Part shown: positions 22,835 through 34,572 of the stretch, in pieces
How positions within the stretch are numbered: the stretch's first letter is position 1
How the letters are laid out: each line of letters opens with the position of its first letter
Assembly: GCA_024704765.1 (NCBI GenBank)
Contig: JAKMXF010000199.1
Coordinates: 248,001 to 312,000 of the forward strand
Reading direction: 5' to 3'
DNA: 64,000 nucleotides
Source: Oopsacas minuta
Lineage: Eukaryota; Animalia; Porifera
Program-made: the position numbers and the translations under genes
The notes under the pieces: model-generated
Told to the model about the DNA's origin: nothing
What the model saw: only the letters and a program-made list of their open reading frames with translations
Databases searched by the model: none

Positions 22835-24047
22835 CAGGGTGGCCAATAAGTTCTGACACAGTGAAAATTATTGTAACTTAACGAATTCTCATTTGATCTT
22901 GTTGCCATTATAACATGCGCTTCTACAGACTATTACATATATTTTATACGACTGTCAATCAATATATCCGCTCTTTTGCTTGATGACAGACTTCAGACGC
23001 TGATTGACTGCCGCTTGACTCCAAAATCTAGCAAAGAGAGAAATCCAAAAGGGTTAGGTCTGGACTAGAGGGAGGCCATTCTACCTTCGTGATAAAGTGG
23101 GGAATATTCGTACCAAGCCACTCTTGAGTGCTTTTTGTAGTGTGAACAGGCGCACTGTCCTGTTGAAACAGAAATGAACCATTCTCAAACATGGTCTTGC
23201 CAAGGTCTTTCGCTAAAGGTTCTAGAATGAGCTCCTTGTACATGTATGTTGTAGCGTTGATTTTTACACCAGATGGGACGAAAACAAGCGTTGTCCAACA
23301 ACAGAGGATATTCCCGCCCAAACCATCACCAAGAGTGGTTTCTGGACTCGTTTGACTAATCTGATTTTCTCAGGGATGGCAGAGGTACATGTCGACAAAA
23401 TTATATCATTCTGACGATTTGATGCATGCTCCACAGTAAAGAGTTTCTCGTCAGAGAAAAGTACTCGATCTAGGCCATGGGTGGCGAATCGAGAAAGGAG
23501 TCCTTTGCTTCTTGACAGCCTCTTCATTTGTATTTGATTAGTAATGAAGTGAACTTTTCTCCGCTTAAAAGAAGATAACCCTAAGTTTCCTCTTACAATA
23601 TTTTGACGCGATCCACGAGATATTTTTAGTTTTTTGGCCATTTTTCTTACTGATAGGATTCCGCCATGTCCGACTCCTGACTATCTTTCTCATCCGTACA
23701 GTCGTAACTGACACTGGGGAACCACTTCTAGGTTTGTCTATAATGCTACCAGTCTCGTTGAATCGTTTTATAGTACGAAATATCAACTTTTTTCTTGTTT
23801 CTGGAATATTTAGTATTCTCATGATTTCCTTTGATTATATCTAGTTTTAAATAATTCAATTATTGCTGATCTTTTGCTTTCCATTGCCGCCAAATTTGTT
23901 GCTATGTACTAAATGCTATACTATTCGGTTGAATTTCGATCCCAAGACTTAAATCAATGAATTGAATACGAAAGCTACCTATTTATCATGGTTATATATA
24001 ATATATTACTATATGAAGTTATGGGACAGATCTTATTGGCCACATTG
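22835..24047 (-). mobile_element. maT (DD37D) Tc1/mariner element, frameshifted
   Basis: Imperfect 26-bp TIRs CA(GG/AT)GTGGCCAATAAG.TCTG; TA TSD. ORF pieces contain LFSDEK, QQDSAPVH and WPPSSPDLTLLD, with 37 residues between D2 and D3. Confidence 0.9.
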
Positions 24048-25349
24048 TACATTGGCAAAATTTCGGATAGAGACGATCTCCTTAAAAAATAGGGAAATGT
24101 TATGATCATGTGTTTGATTAGCTATATGGTGGAAAGCATGAAAAGCTATAGTTTTGCAATCGAGTTATTCTTTAGAAGCAATCACACAGTTCAACACAGG
24201 GCTAATCGAATCATTAATCCCTTGAGAATTATTTAAGACAAAGGTTTCGTATTTCAGCTGATAGGTCAGAAGTAAATACAATTTCATCTATTAACGATCA
24301 ATCTTCTCTGGAGTTTCAATAGTAGGAGAGTAAATTAACATTTCTTCCTATAGTTAAATCCTTCCTTTTGAGATACATATCCCTGGTAGATTTTATTTCA
24401 CGGAATTTGATACAGATCGTGTTGAGTTCTTGTTTAAGGTCAAAAATCTGAATAAGTTCTTCGGATGAAGCTCTGATATAAGGTTTACACTTTGCGAGAT
24501 AATAGGGATACTTGTTGTTCATCATAGCTCCAAAAAGATTTATAAAAAAGTTACAAATTATGTCAGAAATATTATCTCTAATATTTAATTTGAAAAAAAT
24601 CATTTATGGCCGAAATCATGTGAAATTGTAGATATTGGGGGACTTTGGTGTCTGCATATCATCTTAAATTCGAGTTTATATACTGAGCTATCATTTGAAA
24701 ACTTTAAAACAACTGGCCAAGAGCGACCATCCAAGGCTGTTTCACAAATTTAGTAAATAATATTGTTTCCGAAAACAAGAAACTCTGACGATATGAAAAT
24801 TTTTTAGAATGAATATTAGCTCAAGAATTCTCTTCATACTTATTGTGTTTAGCTTGAATGTATACAAATTCAATACGATGAGGAGATTCCATGGAAGTAT
24901 AATGGAGTTAGTTGTATTATAGGAATTTCACGCTTGTGGAACTACAATCTTCATTAGTGTGAGATTGATTTCAAGAAATTCAATTAGGCACTTGTTATTC
25001 AAAAAATCATGAAATAGACAACTTCTCAAACTTGGCGTCATAGGTTTTAAACCATGCTGATTCATGTTATAACAAAATATTAGTCAATGGCGACTACGTA
25101 AAATGACCCTATTTCTCCTTGTTTGCCTATGTGCCAAGCAACTCCAATTCTAAAATATATTAAACAGACCGAATACATTGGTTACTATTTCTTAGCCTGG
25201 CAACAAACTTTGTTCGGTTCTGAAAGTTCTAAAAGGAACATCCACAATGATCTTGTGCAAGTTTGTGGAGACCAAGATCTTGTATATCCTACAGCACAGA
25301 AGATGAGCATCGACTGGTACCTAAATCTGCTAACTGTGATCATTCAATT

Positions 25350-26110
25350 GCGTTGGTGAAGGAGTTTCTTCGAAATGATCCTTTTTACTCAATTGAAGAG
25401 ATTTCTAGATATACCGCCGTCTGAACTGGAAATATTTATCGCATCCTGAAGTCTCGAGATCTCGAAGTTAGAGAAGTTCACACTTGGTGGGTCCCGTAAA
25501 TGCTTTCAGAGGCCCAGATGAAACATAGGATAGAATGTTTTCAAAAACTCCTTGAACAGTTTGAAAAATGTGATAAACGGAGGCTGTATGAGGTTGTAAC
25601 CATAGACGAAACCTGGATATACTTCTCCCAACCAAAATCAAAAGAAAAATCTATTTTTTGGCGGACTCCTGAAGAACCACGGCCTAAAAAAGCGCGTCCA
25701 TAATTCCGTGCCAAGGTTATGTACGATATTGCCTTTGACCCAGTAGCTCAAGTTTGCGTTCCAAAGGGGCAGAATACGACAGGAATATTCTACTGCACTC
25801 AGGTACTCGCTGAAGTGAACAACACTACAGTGAATGTCAACCTAGAACTGGTTCTGGTGGATTAAACTTCTAAATGATAATACAACTAGCCATCCAACTA
25901 AACATATCACCGCATACATCAATGAATGAGGATGCAAACATTTGATCATCCTCCCTGCTCTCCTGACTTGAGTCTGTTTAAATATTGGTTGTTTTCAAAG
26001 CTTAAAAGTCACCTTAATCGATCCTACAAACGGAGTACAAAAGACATTTTATTGTTGGATAGATCGATTAAAGGAATGTATTCAAGTTAAGGGGGACGAT
26101 TTCGAGGATC
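25350..26110 (+). pseudogene. Decayed mariner (DD34D-type) transposase
   Basis: VVTIDETWIY, LLNDNTTSH and PPCSPDLSLFKYWLFSKLKSHL across frameshifts. TIRs not identified. Confidence 0.78.
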
Positions 26111-26652
26111 GTTAAATAAATTACATCTCCCCAGTAATATCTATTGTCAATCTAATCAGGGGTGATCAATATGCACTATTATTTGGCGACATGACTACAG
26201 AACATTTCAAAAGTGTAAATATATTGATGAATTGAATAAATGATATATCTCATAGCATTCTACATACACAGGCAATGGTGATCACTAAAAGATTTTGACG
26301 ATGGATTGATTGAATATCTCAATGTTCCGATAGGAAAATTCAATTTGTTGTGACAAAAAGCGAGTTTCAGAGTTATAGTAGTGACCATGGGTGGCATATT
26401 TGGACCAATATTCATCCATAACTTGACATCCTTCAACGTTACGACCAAACCAACTTACACACGCATAGCATATACACGGCTTCCCATACCCTGATAATAC
26501 GTTTTGATATGATATCTCTGATATTTATGACGTTATCTTTAAAATGACCATATATGGTCTCATTGATGACTGCGCAATATTCTTTGGATATATCATATCA
26601 AAATGTATTATTAGGATATGGTAAGTCGGGTATATACCATATGTGTGTAAAT

Positions 26653-27650
26653 CAGGGCTCCGCAAACTGGCTTTTTCAGGCCGCATGCGACCTGAAACGA
26701 CGTTTTATGCGGCCTGTACCTCTATATAATTTCTTACACTAAACAATCAATCTACAATAGAGGTCAATTTGTATATTTTAGATTTTCGAATTATTGATTT
26801 CCCAATATATTAATTATATGAAGTAGAAATATCTCATTGTAAGTCTAAATACCTATTTTGGTTTATTAGTAAATGAAGAAGAAAATGAAGCTGCAAAAGG
26901 AGTTCCAGAAATTCAACCCAGTATGGAAAGGAGAGTTTGTTGTAATTGAGCACAAATTTGCCAGTCTGCTTAATTTCTGATTCACAGATATCTTCCATGA
27001 AGAGGAGCAATTGGAACGATCATTATGCAGCAAGGCACAAACTTGTGTACAATGACAAATATCCCATCTACACTGCTGTCCGATCGGCCAAATTGGCTTC
27101 TCATAAATCAGCCAAATTAACAGCCCAGAAGCTGATGATGAGGACGTACAATGGTGACTCAATCCTTCGTGCTACAATTACATCGAGGAAAATTTCCTAG
27201 ATGGGAGCTCAAACTAAGAAGGCATACTCTGATGTGGATATAATTAGGAATGCGGTCGGGTTATGTTGAAGAGATAGCTGCTGACAAAGAAACCAAGTTG
27301 ACAAGTAAGACAAAATCCCACTGTCTGCTGATACTGCAACACGCCATATATCATTTTGTATTGTTAATGTGAATGCACAAATTTTTCATGATGCTGCAAT
27401 TTACATCATTTTGGAGTCAGGTAGATCAGAAAAATCTGAGAAATATAGCAAAAATTGTACTGTCAATGTTTGGATCAACATATTGTTGAGAACAAACTTT
27501 TTCTGTTTGAATGGAGTAAAGTCGAAGACAAGGAATAGTCTTACAACACAATACACATCTGAATTAATTAAAACTATAGTGACAAGATATTCACCTCATT
27601 TCGAAGTTATCGCTAAAGAAGGACAAGTGCATCCATCACATTAGTATCAA
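26653..27650 (+). mobile_element. Internally deleted hAT element, GTF2IRD2/SPIN-like
   Basis: Left end CAGGGCTCCGCAAACT..GGCCGCATGCG. N-terminal remnant PVCLISDSQISSMKRSNWNDHYAARH..YNDKY; C-terminal remnant LNGVKSKTRNSLT. Right TIR not found. Confidence 0.65.
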
Positions 27651-28744
27651 CTTTTTCACTGAGCTATCATGAAGAATTGATGAATTTCACATTACATATT
27701 TAACTTAGTACATTCTATAATGCTTACAAATGAATTTGCATCAAATACATAGTGAAGGAATCAGGTAAAAGTGGTACATTAAATAATTTCGCTCAAAAAT
27801 TGGAATTTGAGCTTACATATTTTTGATATTTTGTGTAGCAGCACTGTTAGATCCCATGGTACACATTCGGAAACGAAAACATGCTAATTAACTCATTATA
27901 GCGTTTAACATTGAAGCATTACTTTGACATAATTGATAACTAAACAAGCAGATGATGTCATTTCGACCCGGAAATACTTCGTAGTTACAGAATTTGTGTA
28001 TTATCAAATATCATTAATACATTTATTCGGGGTCAAAATATAACATTATAACTTATCATGACAAAGAAAATTTTATTATCGGGAACATTGAGATATTCGA
28101 TTAGTCCATGGTCAAATTTTTAGTGACCACCATTGCCTGAATGTATATAATGCTATGATCTGAAATTATTAAGGAAGATTTAAATTCGATAGATAATACG
28201 TAGTTGCAATCGTTATAGCAAGTACATTCATTTTCAACCCTGATATGAACCGATGAATTGCTCAAAGAAAAAGCAAATAGTCGAGGATTAAATTGCAAAC
28301 AACAAATAAATCACAAAACTATTATACGCAAATAGTCAAAACTGCAAACGGAGAGCAACCAAACAGCGAAGGCTGCCAAGCAAACTAAATGATCCAACTC
28401 AAATCTTTGATTGATGATCTAACTCAATCTAAATCTATCAATCAATCAAACAAACCATGAAAAATTAGTGGAAATCAACCATCACATCAATGATTTAACT
28501 CAAAAAAACATGGATTAACATAGAAATACGATCTATAATTAGGGGTATAATATAGTTGATTATATAGTTTAAAATAATCAAGGTGCTGGAGGTGTAGAAT
28601 TATAGAAAACCAATGACTAGGCGAATTTAATGACTGAGAATCAAAATTGGCAAAATCATGTCTAAAATTGTGCATCAACAAATTCTTTTTAATAATTTAT
28701 TGTATCAACTTAGTACTGTAGTTAGATTTGAATGAAATCACAAG

Positions 28745-30124
28745 TTATTGCAGAACAAGACCAACGTTATCAGTTGCAATATTTTCACAGCACCAATTAT
28801 AGAAAAAATATTGTAAGTTTCCATCTCCCATTCCAAATTTCAAATCCTCCAATACACTTTTATTTTCCATAATATCAAGTGCATTAAATACATCGAAGTT
28901 ATTTGATTTGGCAAGAATGAGTGCATCATAAAGCAAATCCTGAAAGAGAGTTCTTGTTGTAAAATAATAAAATAAATATGCTGTATATAAGTGTTTATGC
29001 TTTGGATGACGAATTACAGAAGAAGGAATCGAATAAAAACTTATCATATCAGTGATAGGTTCAGAAGGAGTAGGCTGAACTACCCATGAATAAATTATTC
29101 CTTCATGGGGAGTTAACCAATGGGATATATCCGTTTCAGTGAATTTAGGGCATAACTCGAACCTTGATAAATATAGATTTAATCCATCACACACTGCCTT
29201 AGAATCAGATAATTTGAATTTTCGAAGTCCAGGTGTAATTGGTTTTTCAGGGAGTTTGTATAACTTTAAAGCTCTTTGTAAAGTCATATTACGTGTCAAG
29301 TAAGAGAATTCAACTTCGATCAATTTCTTAGGATTTAGTGAACGATGCCAATATCTACAAACTGCTACAGGACGATTTGGCAATTTAGCACCCGAAGTAA
29401 AAACAGCTTGAAATATCCCTTTGAGATTGACGCGCCTAGTTATCTCTCGAATTAACACAGGGGCGACTCTCTTATTTCTCAACTTTTCATGGACACATAG
29501 GAAATTTATCTCAACCATTTGCTTCAATTTACCTTTAACAAATATCTGCGCAGGTACGGCACTAATAAATGCAACTAACTTATGGCTAGTTTTAACTCTA
29601 ACTCCACAGTGAAATTCTGATAGCCAACCAGGTGGTTTCAGTGCCCATATAAGAAACTGTTTTGAATAAGCAAAACGAAACATATGATCGTCATCTTCAA
29701 CATAGTTTTCACATAATAATTCGTAAAGTTCTTGAATCTCACAGTCAAGTGTTAGATCAAGTTCAGACCATTCAAAAGACGAGGAAAGCGTAAAAGGTTG
29801 CTCGCGTATTGCTATAGAATCTTGTATAATTGGTGAATTTAATTCAGAAAGTTCATTGTTTGAATTCAAAAGGATTGGTTGTGAACCCCAAAATTTGTGT
29901 ATGGATTCAGGATTCTCAGATTGAGAGATATTAACGCTATCATGCGATAAATTTTTGGCACTCCTTAAATCGGTAATCTCTGGCATTATTTTACTAGGAT
30001 ACATTCCCTCAATTTGTGTTTGCTGATTTTTAGGATCAATAGCTAGTGAAACAGATTTCTTAGAACCTGAACCTGAAAGGTCATTTTGAGATTGTGACAC
30101 AAAAGATGATGGTTGTCCTTCCAT
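28745..30124 (-). CDS. NMT1: Glycylpeptide N-tetradecanoyltransferase (N-myristoyltransferase), intronless, 459 aa
   Basis: HKFWGSQP, LCENYVEDDDHMFRFAYS, VEINFLCVHEKLRNKRVAPVLIREITRR, CRYWHRSLNPKKL, FDVFNALD, KFGMGDGNLQYFFYNW and C-terminal GLVLQ. NMT1 and NMT2 cannot be distinguished. Confidence 0.97.
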   Translation of the reverse strand: MEGQPSSFVSQSQNDLSGSGSKKSVSLAIDPKNQQTQIEGMYPSKIMPEITDLRSAKNLSHDSVNISQSENPESIHKFWGSQPILLNSNNELSELNSPIIQDSIAIREQPFTLSSSFEWSELDLTLDCEIQELYELLCENYVEDDDHMFRFAYSKQFLIWALKPPGWLSEFHCGVRVKTSHKLVAFISAVPAQIFVKGKLKQMVEINFLCVHEKLRNKRVAPVLIREITRRVNLKGIFQAVFTSGAKLPNRPVAVCRYWHRSLNPKKLIEVEFSYLTRNMTLQRALKLYKLPEKPITPGLRKFKLSDSKAVCDGLNLYLSRFELCPKFTETDISHWLTPHEGIIYSWVVQPTPSEPITDMISFYSIPSSVIRHPKHKHLYTAYLFYYFTTRTLFQDLLYDALILAKSNNFDVFNALDIMENKSVLEDLKFGMGDGNLQYFFYNWCCENIATDNVGLVLQ

Positions 30125-31615
30125 GTGTTTTTCTACGAAGTGATGAACTCTAAAAATCTAGGTAAATAGAATTAAGCATTCATATCCCAAAATAGTATGT
30201 GGTATAAAAAGGTAATTAAAAGCAAGACGAAGAGAAAGAACAAATGAATGGTAGACAGAATTAGACAGTTGTAAAAGGTTTAGGGGACAAATCATAAAGG
30301 GCTGGTGCATAAATAATCTGATAAATATAAGAGAAATGATGAGAATAAATATGTATATTGAAGCCTAAATCACGTCTAAAAAACTTGGATTGCCTCATAC
30401 CAAGCATCTAAAGCTTGGCTCGCTTCCCTCGATATGTGCACAATCCTTATAAAATTCCTGTATTCGCCACTGGACAGTCATGTATAGTAAACTATAAACC
30501 AAAAATTTCAAATTATTGCAATTTCATGCAGTAGTAGAATAACTGATGAAAATTGCTCAAAATTTAGTGCCATGTAGAAGGTTTACGGTTCTGGTATGGT
30601 ATTTGATTTCAAAATTTTCAAAAGTTGAGAATTATTTTAAAAAACATGGTTTTCGTAGATATATGAAAATTATGTCATCTTACATTATTTTCAAAAAAAA
30701 TTGAAACAAGTTGTTTTTCTGATTTTTTCCAAATTTTTGGGGATATACTTATATCTCAGACCACATGTTGCAGTATTACATCACAAAACATATTATAGAT
30801 GACAAAATATTTATATTATGACGGTACATATCTTTTCTTAATCCTACGTCACTATGACGCAGTATTTCACACCTTTTTTGCTTTCTGGAATGTTGAAAGT
30901 CTCGAAACCCTAGTTGAGACAAGCATCTTTGTCACGTAGACAAATATCTATTGGTTTCGTGCAATGCAAAAGCTAAAAAACGCGAATACATCGGTAATAT
31001 TGTAAATCGGATTCCGAAAATTGTATAAGCCCCCCCTCGACTCAAGGTCAATTCATATTAGGATATTCATTATTTCCAGTGAAAACATGTCTAGGAACAT
31101 TTTCAAAGGTTGACTGAATATTATCTATCGAAATTCGAGCACCCAACACCTGCTTTTGCCCAAATAATATCGTCATATTATATCATTCTTTGAAGTCGTT
31201 TTTCTCAAAATAATAAATATATCAAACTTGGAATTATGCGACCGTGTAGTTTCACAATGCTAGGATACAGTACCTCAAAAATTACCACGATTCTTCCAAG
31301 CCGTTTAACTTCATTTTCCATTTGCTCAGAACCTAGAATTCAGGATTATTTCTCTTGTAAATTAGCCAAATATATAGGAAAGTTGTACAAATATTCAAGA
31401 ATACGGAAGACATATCGAAAAGTGCATAGAAAAACAAAAAGCCTAGCCCAAATGTCAAATAACAGTCCGAGATTTAGTATATAGTGTATTCTAATTCTAG
31501 TAGACTAGAATATAAAGAAACTTGATCCTATCCAATATTGTATATATAGTTGCGCATATTAGTATAATATACCATAGGAAACAATAATAGTGTTCTAAAA
31601 ATATCTCATGAAATA

Positions 31616-32939
31616 CAGTCTGTCCGATAATTCTTTCGAATTTTTAAAATTATAATTCCTGGCGAACTAGCACAGCGATAGACTAATCTTGGTAAATATA
31701 TCATGTAGAATATTGCGAAATTAATATTTTATTTTGCGTCCGTCATTATCTATCACTAATTGACACCTCTTTGGCATTGATCTCCAATAATTTTCTAGAA
31801 AATCTCCATTGATATTTTCCCACAAGTCGGTCAACTTCTTCTTCAGCTGTGTAATATTCTTAGGACCCTTTTTTAACAGCTTTTGTTTGACCCATACAAA
31901 CAAGTTTTCTATAAGGTTAATGTCTGGACTTTGACTAGGCCAATTCATCTTCTTATTGGGCATGTTTTCACCATCCAAGCCTTGGTCAATTTTGTGGTAT
32001 GCTTGGGATCATTGTCCTGAACTAAGAACCAATCATCTTGGTGGAATATATGAGCTTGGGCAAGCAAATGAACTTCCAACATCTTTACAAACAATTCTGC
32101 ATTCAGCATATTTGTGAAGATACACAATGGGACGTCCCATAGAGGGGAAAGCTGCCCATATGTGAATTTGTGAGTATGTTTGACTGTGGGTTGAGTCCTC
32201 ACCATGCTCTTTTGGTCCACATCCGAATTCGCCCTCGACACAACCAAATTGAGACTATATCAGCGAAAATACATGCTGCCATTGGTTATCAATGTTATTC
32301 CTTGCCCATTGAATCTATAGAGCCGATTCTTTTCTGATAACAGGGGAGCAGGCGTCGGATAAGGTTTGGGATAATCAAGTTTTTTCAAGCAACGATTCAT
32401 GGTATCTCTTCCTCCTTGAACTGGACACTTAGCTGTCAAATTGCGAATTGAAATCGCAGGATTTATGTTAATGGTCCTAGCAGCATATTTCATTATTTGG
32501 TGACAAGTGTCGCAGGTCTACCTGCTCCACTCTTGTGAAGAAGAGATGCTTCAGTCTTTAGACCAGAAATCAAGTTGCAAACGGTTGCAACAGACACACC
32601 TAAGATAGAGCAGATTTCCTTCTGAGAGTGTTTCTTTCTTACTAAGAGTATTTGACTTTGTTTCCTCTTTGATTCTTGACACATTTGGACGATAATAGCT
32701 ATTTAATGTATGAATAATGTCAATTAAATAAAATTTAAAAAAATGCTCCGTCATCTTAACGTCATGCGATATTATTTTCACCCAAAGATATATTTTGTAC
32801 ACAGCCAATGTTAAATTGTTGAAGTAAACCCCACTACTAATAGATAGTAATAATAGTACATCTATCACTTGAATAAATATTGCAGAAATGACTAGGAATG
32901 CAAATTATAGGCTATTCTAAATAATTATCGGACATACTG
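31616..32939 (-). mobile_element. Tc1-like element (about DD34E), multiply frameshifted
   Basis: 26-bp TIRs CAGT(C/A)TGTCCGATAATT.TTT.GAAT with 3 mismatches; TA TSD. Contains SGAGRP, VQDNDPKH and WPSQSPDINLIE. The spacer is ambiguous (34-35) because a frameshift lies within it. Confidence 0.9.
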
Positions 32940-33399
32940 TATAGTAATTACAGCTTTCTAAGGAATACATACATATCTTATTATGACACTTGATCGAAGA
33001 ATATGAATGTTTTAGATTGCAAACATAACAATGATGCATCTGCAATAGTATAAGACAGTGGTTTTCACCCCTTGTTAATCCTGGAACCCCTAAACATGTT
33101 GCGGCAACATGCGGAACCTTACCATCTCTATCTTCTTTCACTCATACATTTTTCACAAAGAAACCATTATAACAAATTATTTATTAATGCAATTACTTAT
33201 TAATTCACATACTTATTCCCATGTGCGCGCCTGGCTATATTTACATATCTCTTTTATTCTTGGCCTGATTATCGATAAACACATTCACATGTCTTCCTCA
33301 ACAGACAAAGGCCGTTCTCTTTTTATATTATTTAATGTTGTAATAACAGAGAATCCTAGTTCACACATATATCTGTCGAAAATAGCAGCATGATTTTCA

Positions 33400-34520
33400 G
33401 AGCTTTGTTGACTAAGTTAGGGTATTCATTTTCAATGGCGATCCCAAGGAATCCAGAGATACATCTGAATGTTTTCACTCCTATGTCCTATCATGAAAAA
33501 ATTTCGTTAATTCTTATTCTCTAAGGGAAAACTGTCCTACGCTGGATGGTACTTTTGAAAATGGGTTTATAATCCAATCAAAATCATCCACTATCAATTT
33601 AGGAAATCGATTCTTTCCTGTAGAGTAGTCAGAAGACCCAAAATGAGAGGTACTACTTGTATTTATTTCATTTTCTCCTTTCAACAATAAGAAACATCTC
33701 TCGAGTACTTTCTAAGGCCCGAGATTTCAAGATTCCAAGTTTATATTTGAGTGCACGAAGTTTGTTTGTAGATCTCAAGACATTTTCCGTTCTTCCCTGT
33801 ATGTTAGTGTTGATTTTGTTTAAGTGTTGAAATATATCAGCTAAGTATGCTAACTTAGAATACCTTGATTGATCCACAAAGTAATTTGGTAAATTAATTA
33901 GATTTTCCTGGCCAAAGAAAAGGAGATTTCTTCTCTTAGGTCATATCACATTATCTTACATTTCTTCTTGAATGCCATCGAACATTCGTATAGTATAAGA
34001 GGGTTATGTGCGAAGAATCACTAGATTTGCATAGTTTTGCAAATATACTTGATTTCAGCGGTATTTGTCTTATCAAGTTCACCATGTTAATGACTTGACC
34101 CAAGACTATTTAGCATCGAGTTCTGCCACTAAATAACTAGCCTCTTGAGCTTTGTCGCTGACTTTACAGTGAGTTTAAAATCTTGAAGTTTGTAAACTTT
34201 GTTCTTCCCTCAGCCTCTTGAAATACTCAACATTCTTATGTGCAAGATCGACGTGTTTTGTAGCAAAATGTCCCTTTAGTTATGCTGGTGCCATAGTTTG
34301 AGAGCTTTTCTCCACAAACAATGCACTCAGGCAGAGAAACATCTAATTTCCCCAGTCCAACAAGAACTCATAGCTAAATAACTATCATTACAATCACGGA
34401 CTTTGCTTGGTTTACTTTGAATTCCAGTTTCACTGATTCTACTTGAATTAAGATCACTAGAATTAGATAATCTGGGTTTATTATGAAATGATCCATCTGA
34501 TCGAAAATACAACTAGGTTT
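33400..34520 (-). pseudogene. Decayed hAT Buster/ZBED5-like transposase
   Basis: SKLAYLADIFQHLNKINTNIQG..KLRALKYKL, plus a degenerate BED-finger region (SYLAMSSCWTG..HCLW..). Confidence 0.7.
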
Positions 34521-34572
34521 TATTTGACGATAATAGGTGATGTCGGAGTTAACAGGTTACATTATAATGAAT

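Larger units (their letters stand above)
17193..24750 (-). mobile_element. Decayed Transib/RAG1-core-like transposon (relic 2), split by three nested insertions
   Basis: 3' terminus CACAGTGGGCAGAAATGG at 17193. Coding pieces at about 24530-24050, 22832-22105, 19060-18970 and 18216-17560 rejoin in order: RKPLS..KGLMIRL; LRVADGIDGSGSHQVYN (D1); SIFDAK..KCQLC (D2, ZnC2); FPINR|TITAAQEI; SPLHS..VFRW; FLQEKTGLTIDQ..GGTTPTGN; FPWASIIPSLHKLLAH; ..RLLCHSDP. 5' end is approximate. Confidence 0.82.

Noticed and set aside
3960-24750. A true RAG1-RAG2 / ProtoRAG locus
   Set aside because: No kelch-repeat or PHD RAG2-like ORF and no RING/N-terminal RAG1 region were seen, and no nonamer or 12/23 spacing follows the heptamers. 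Only Transib-like cores are supported.
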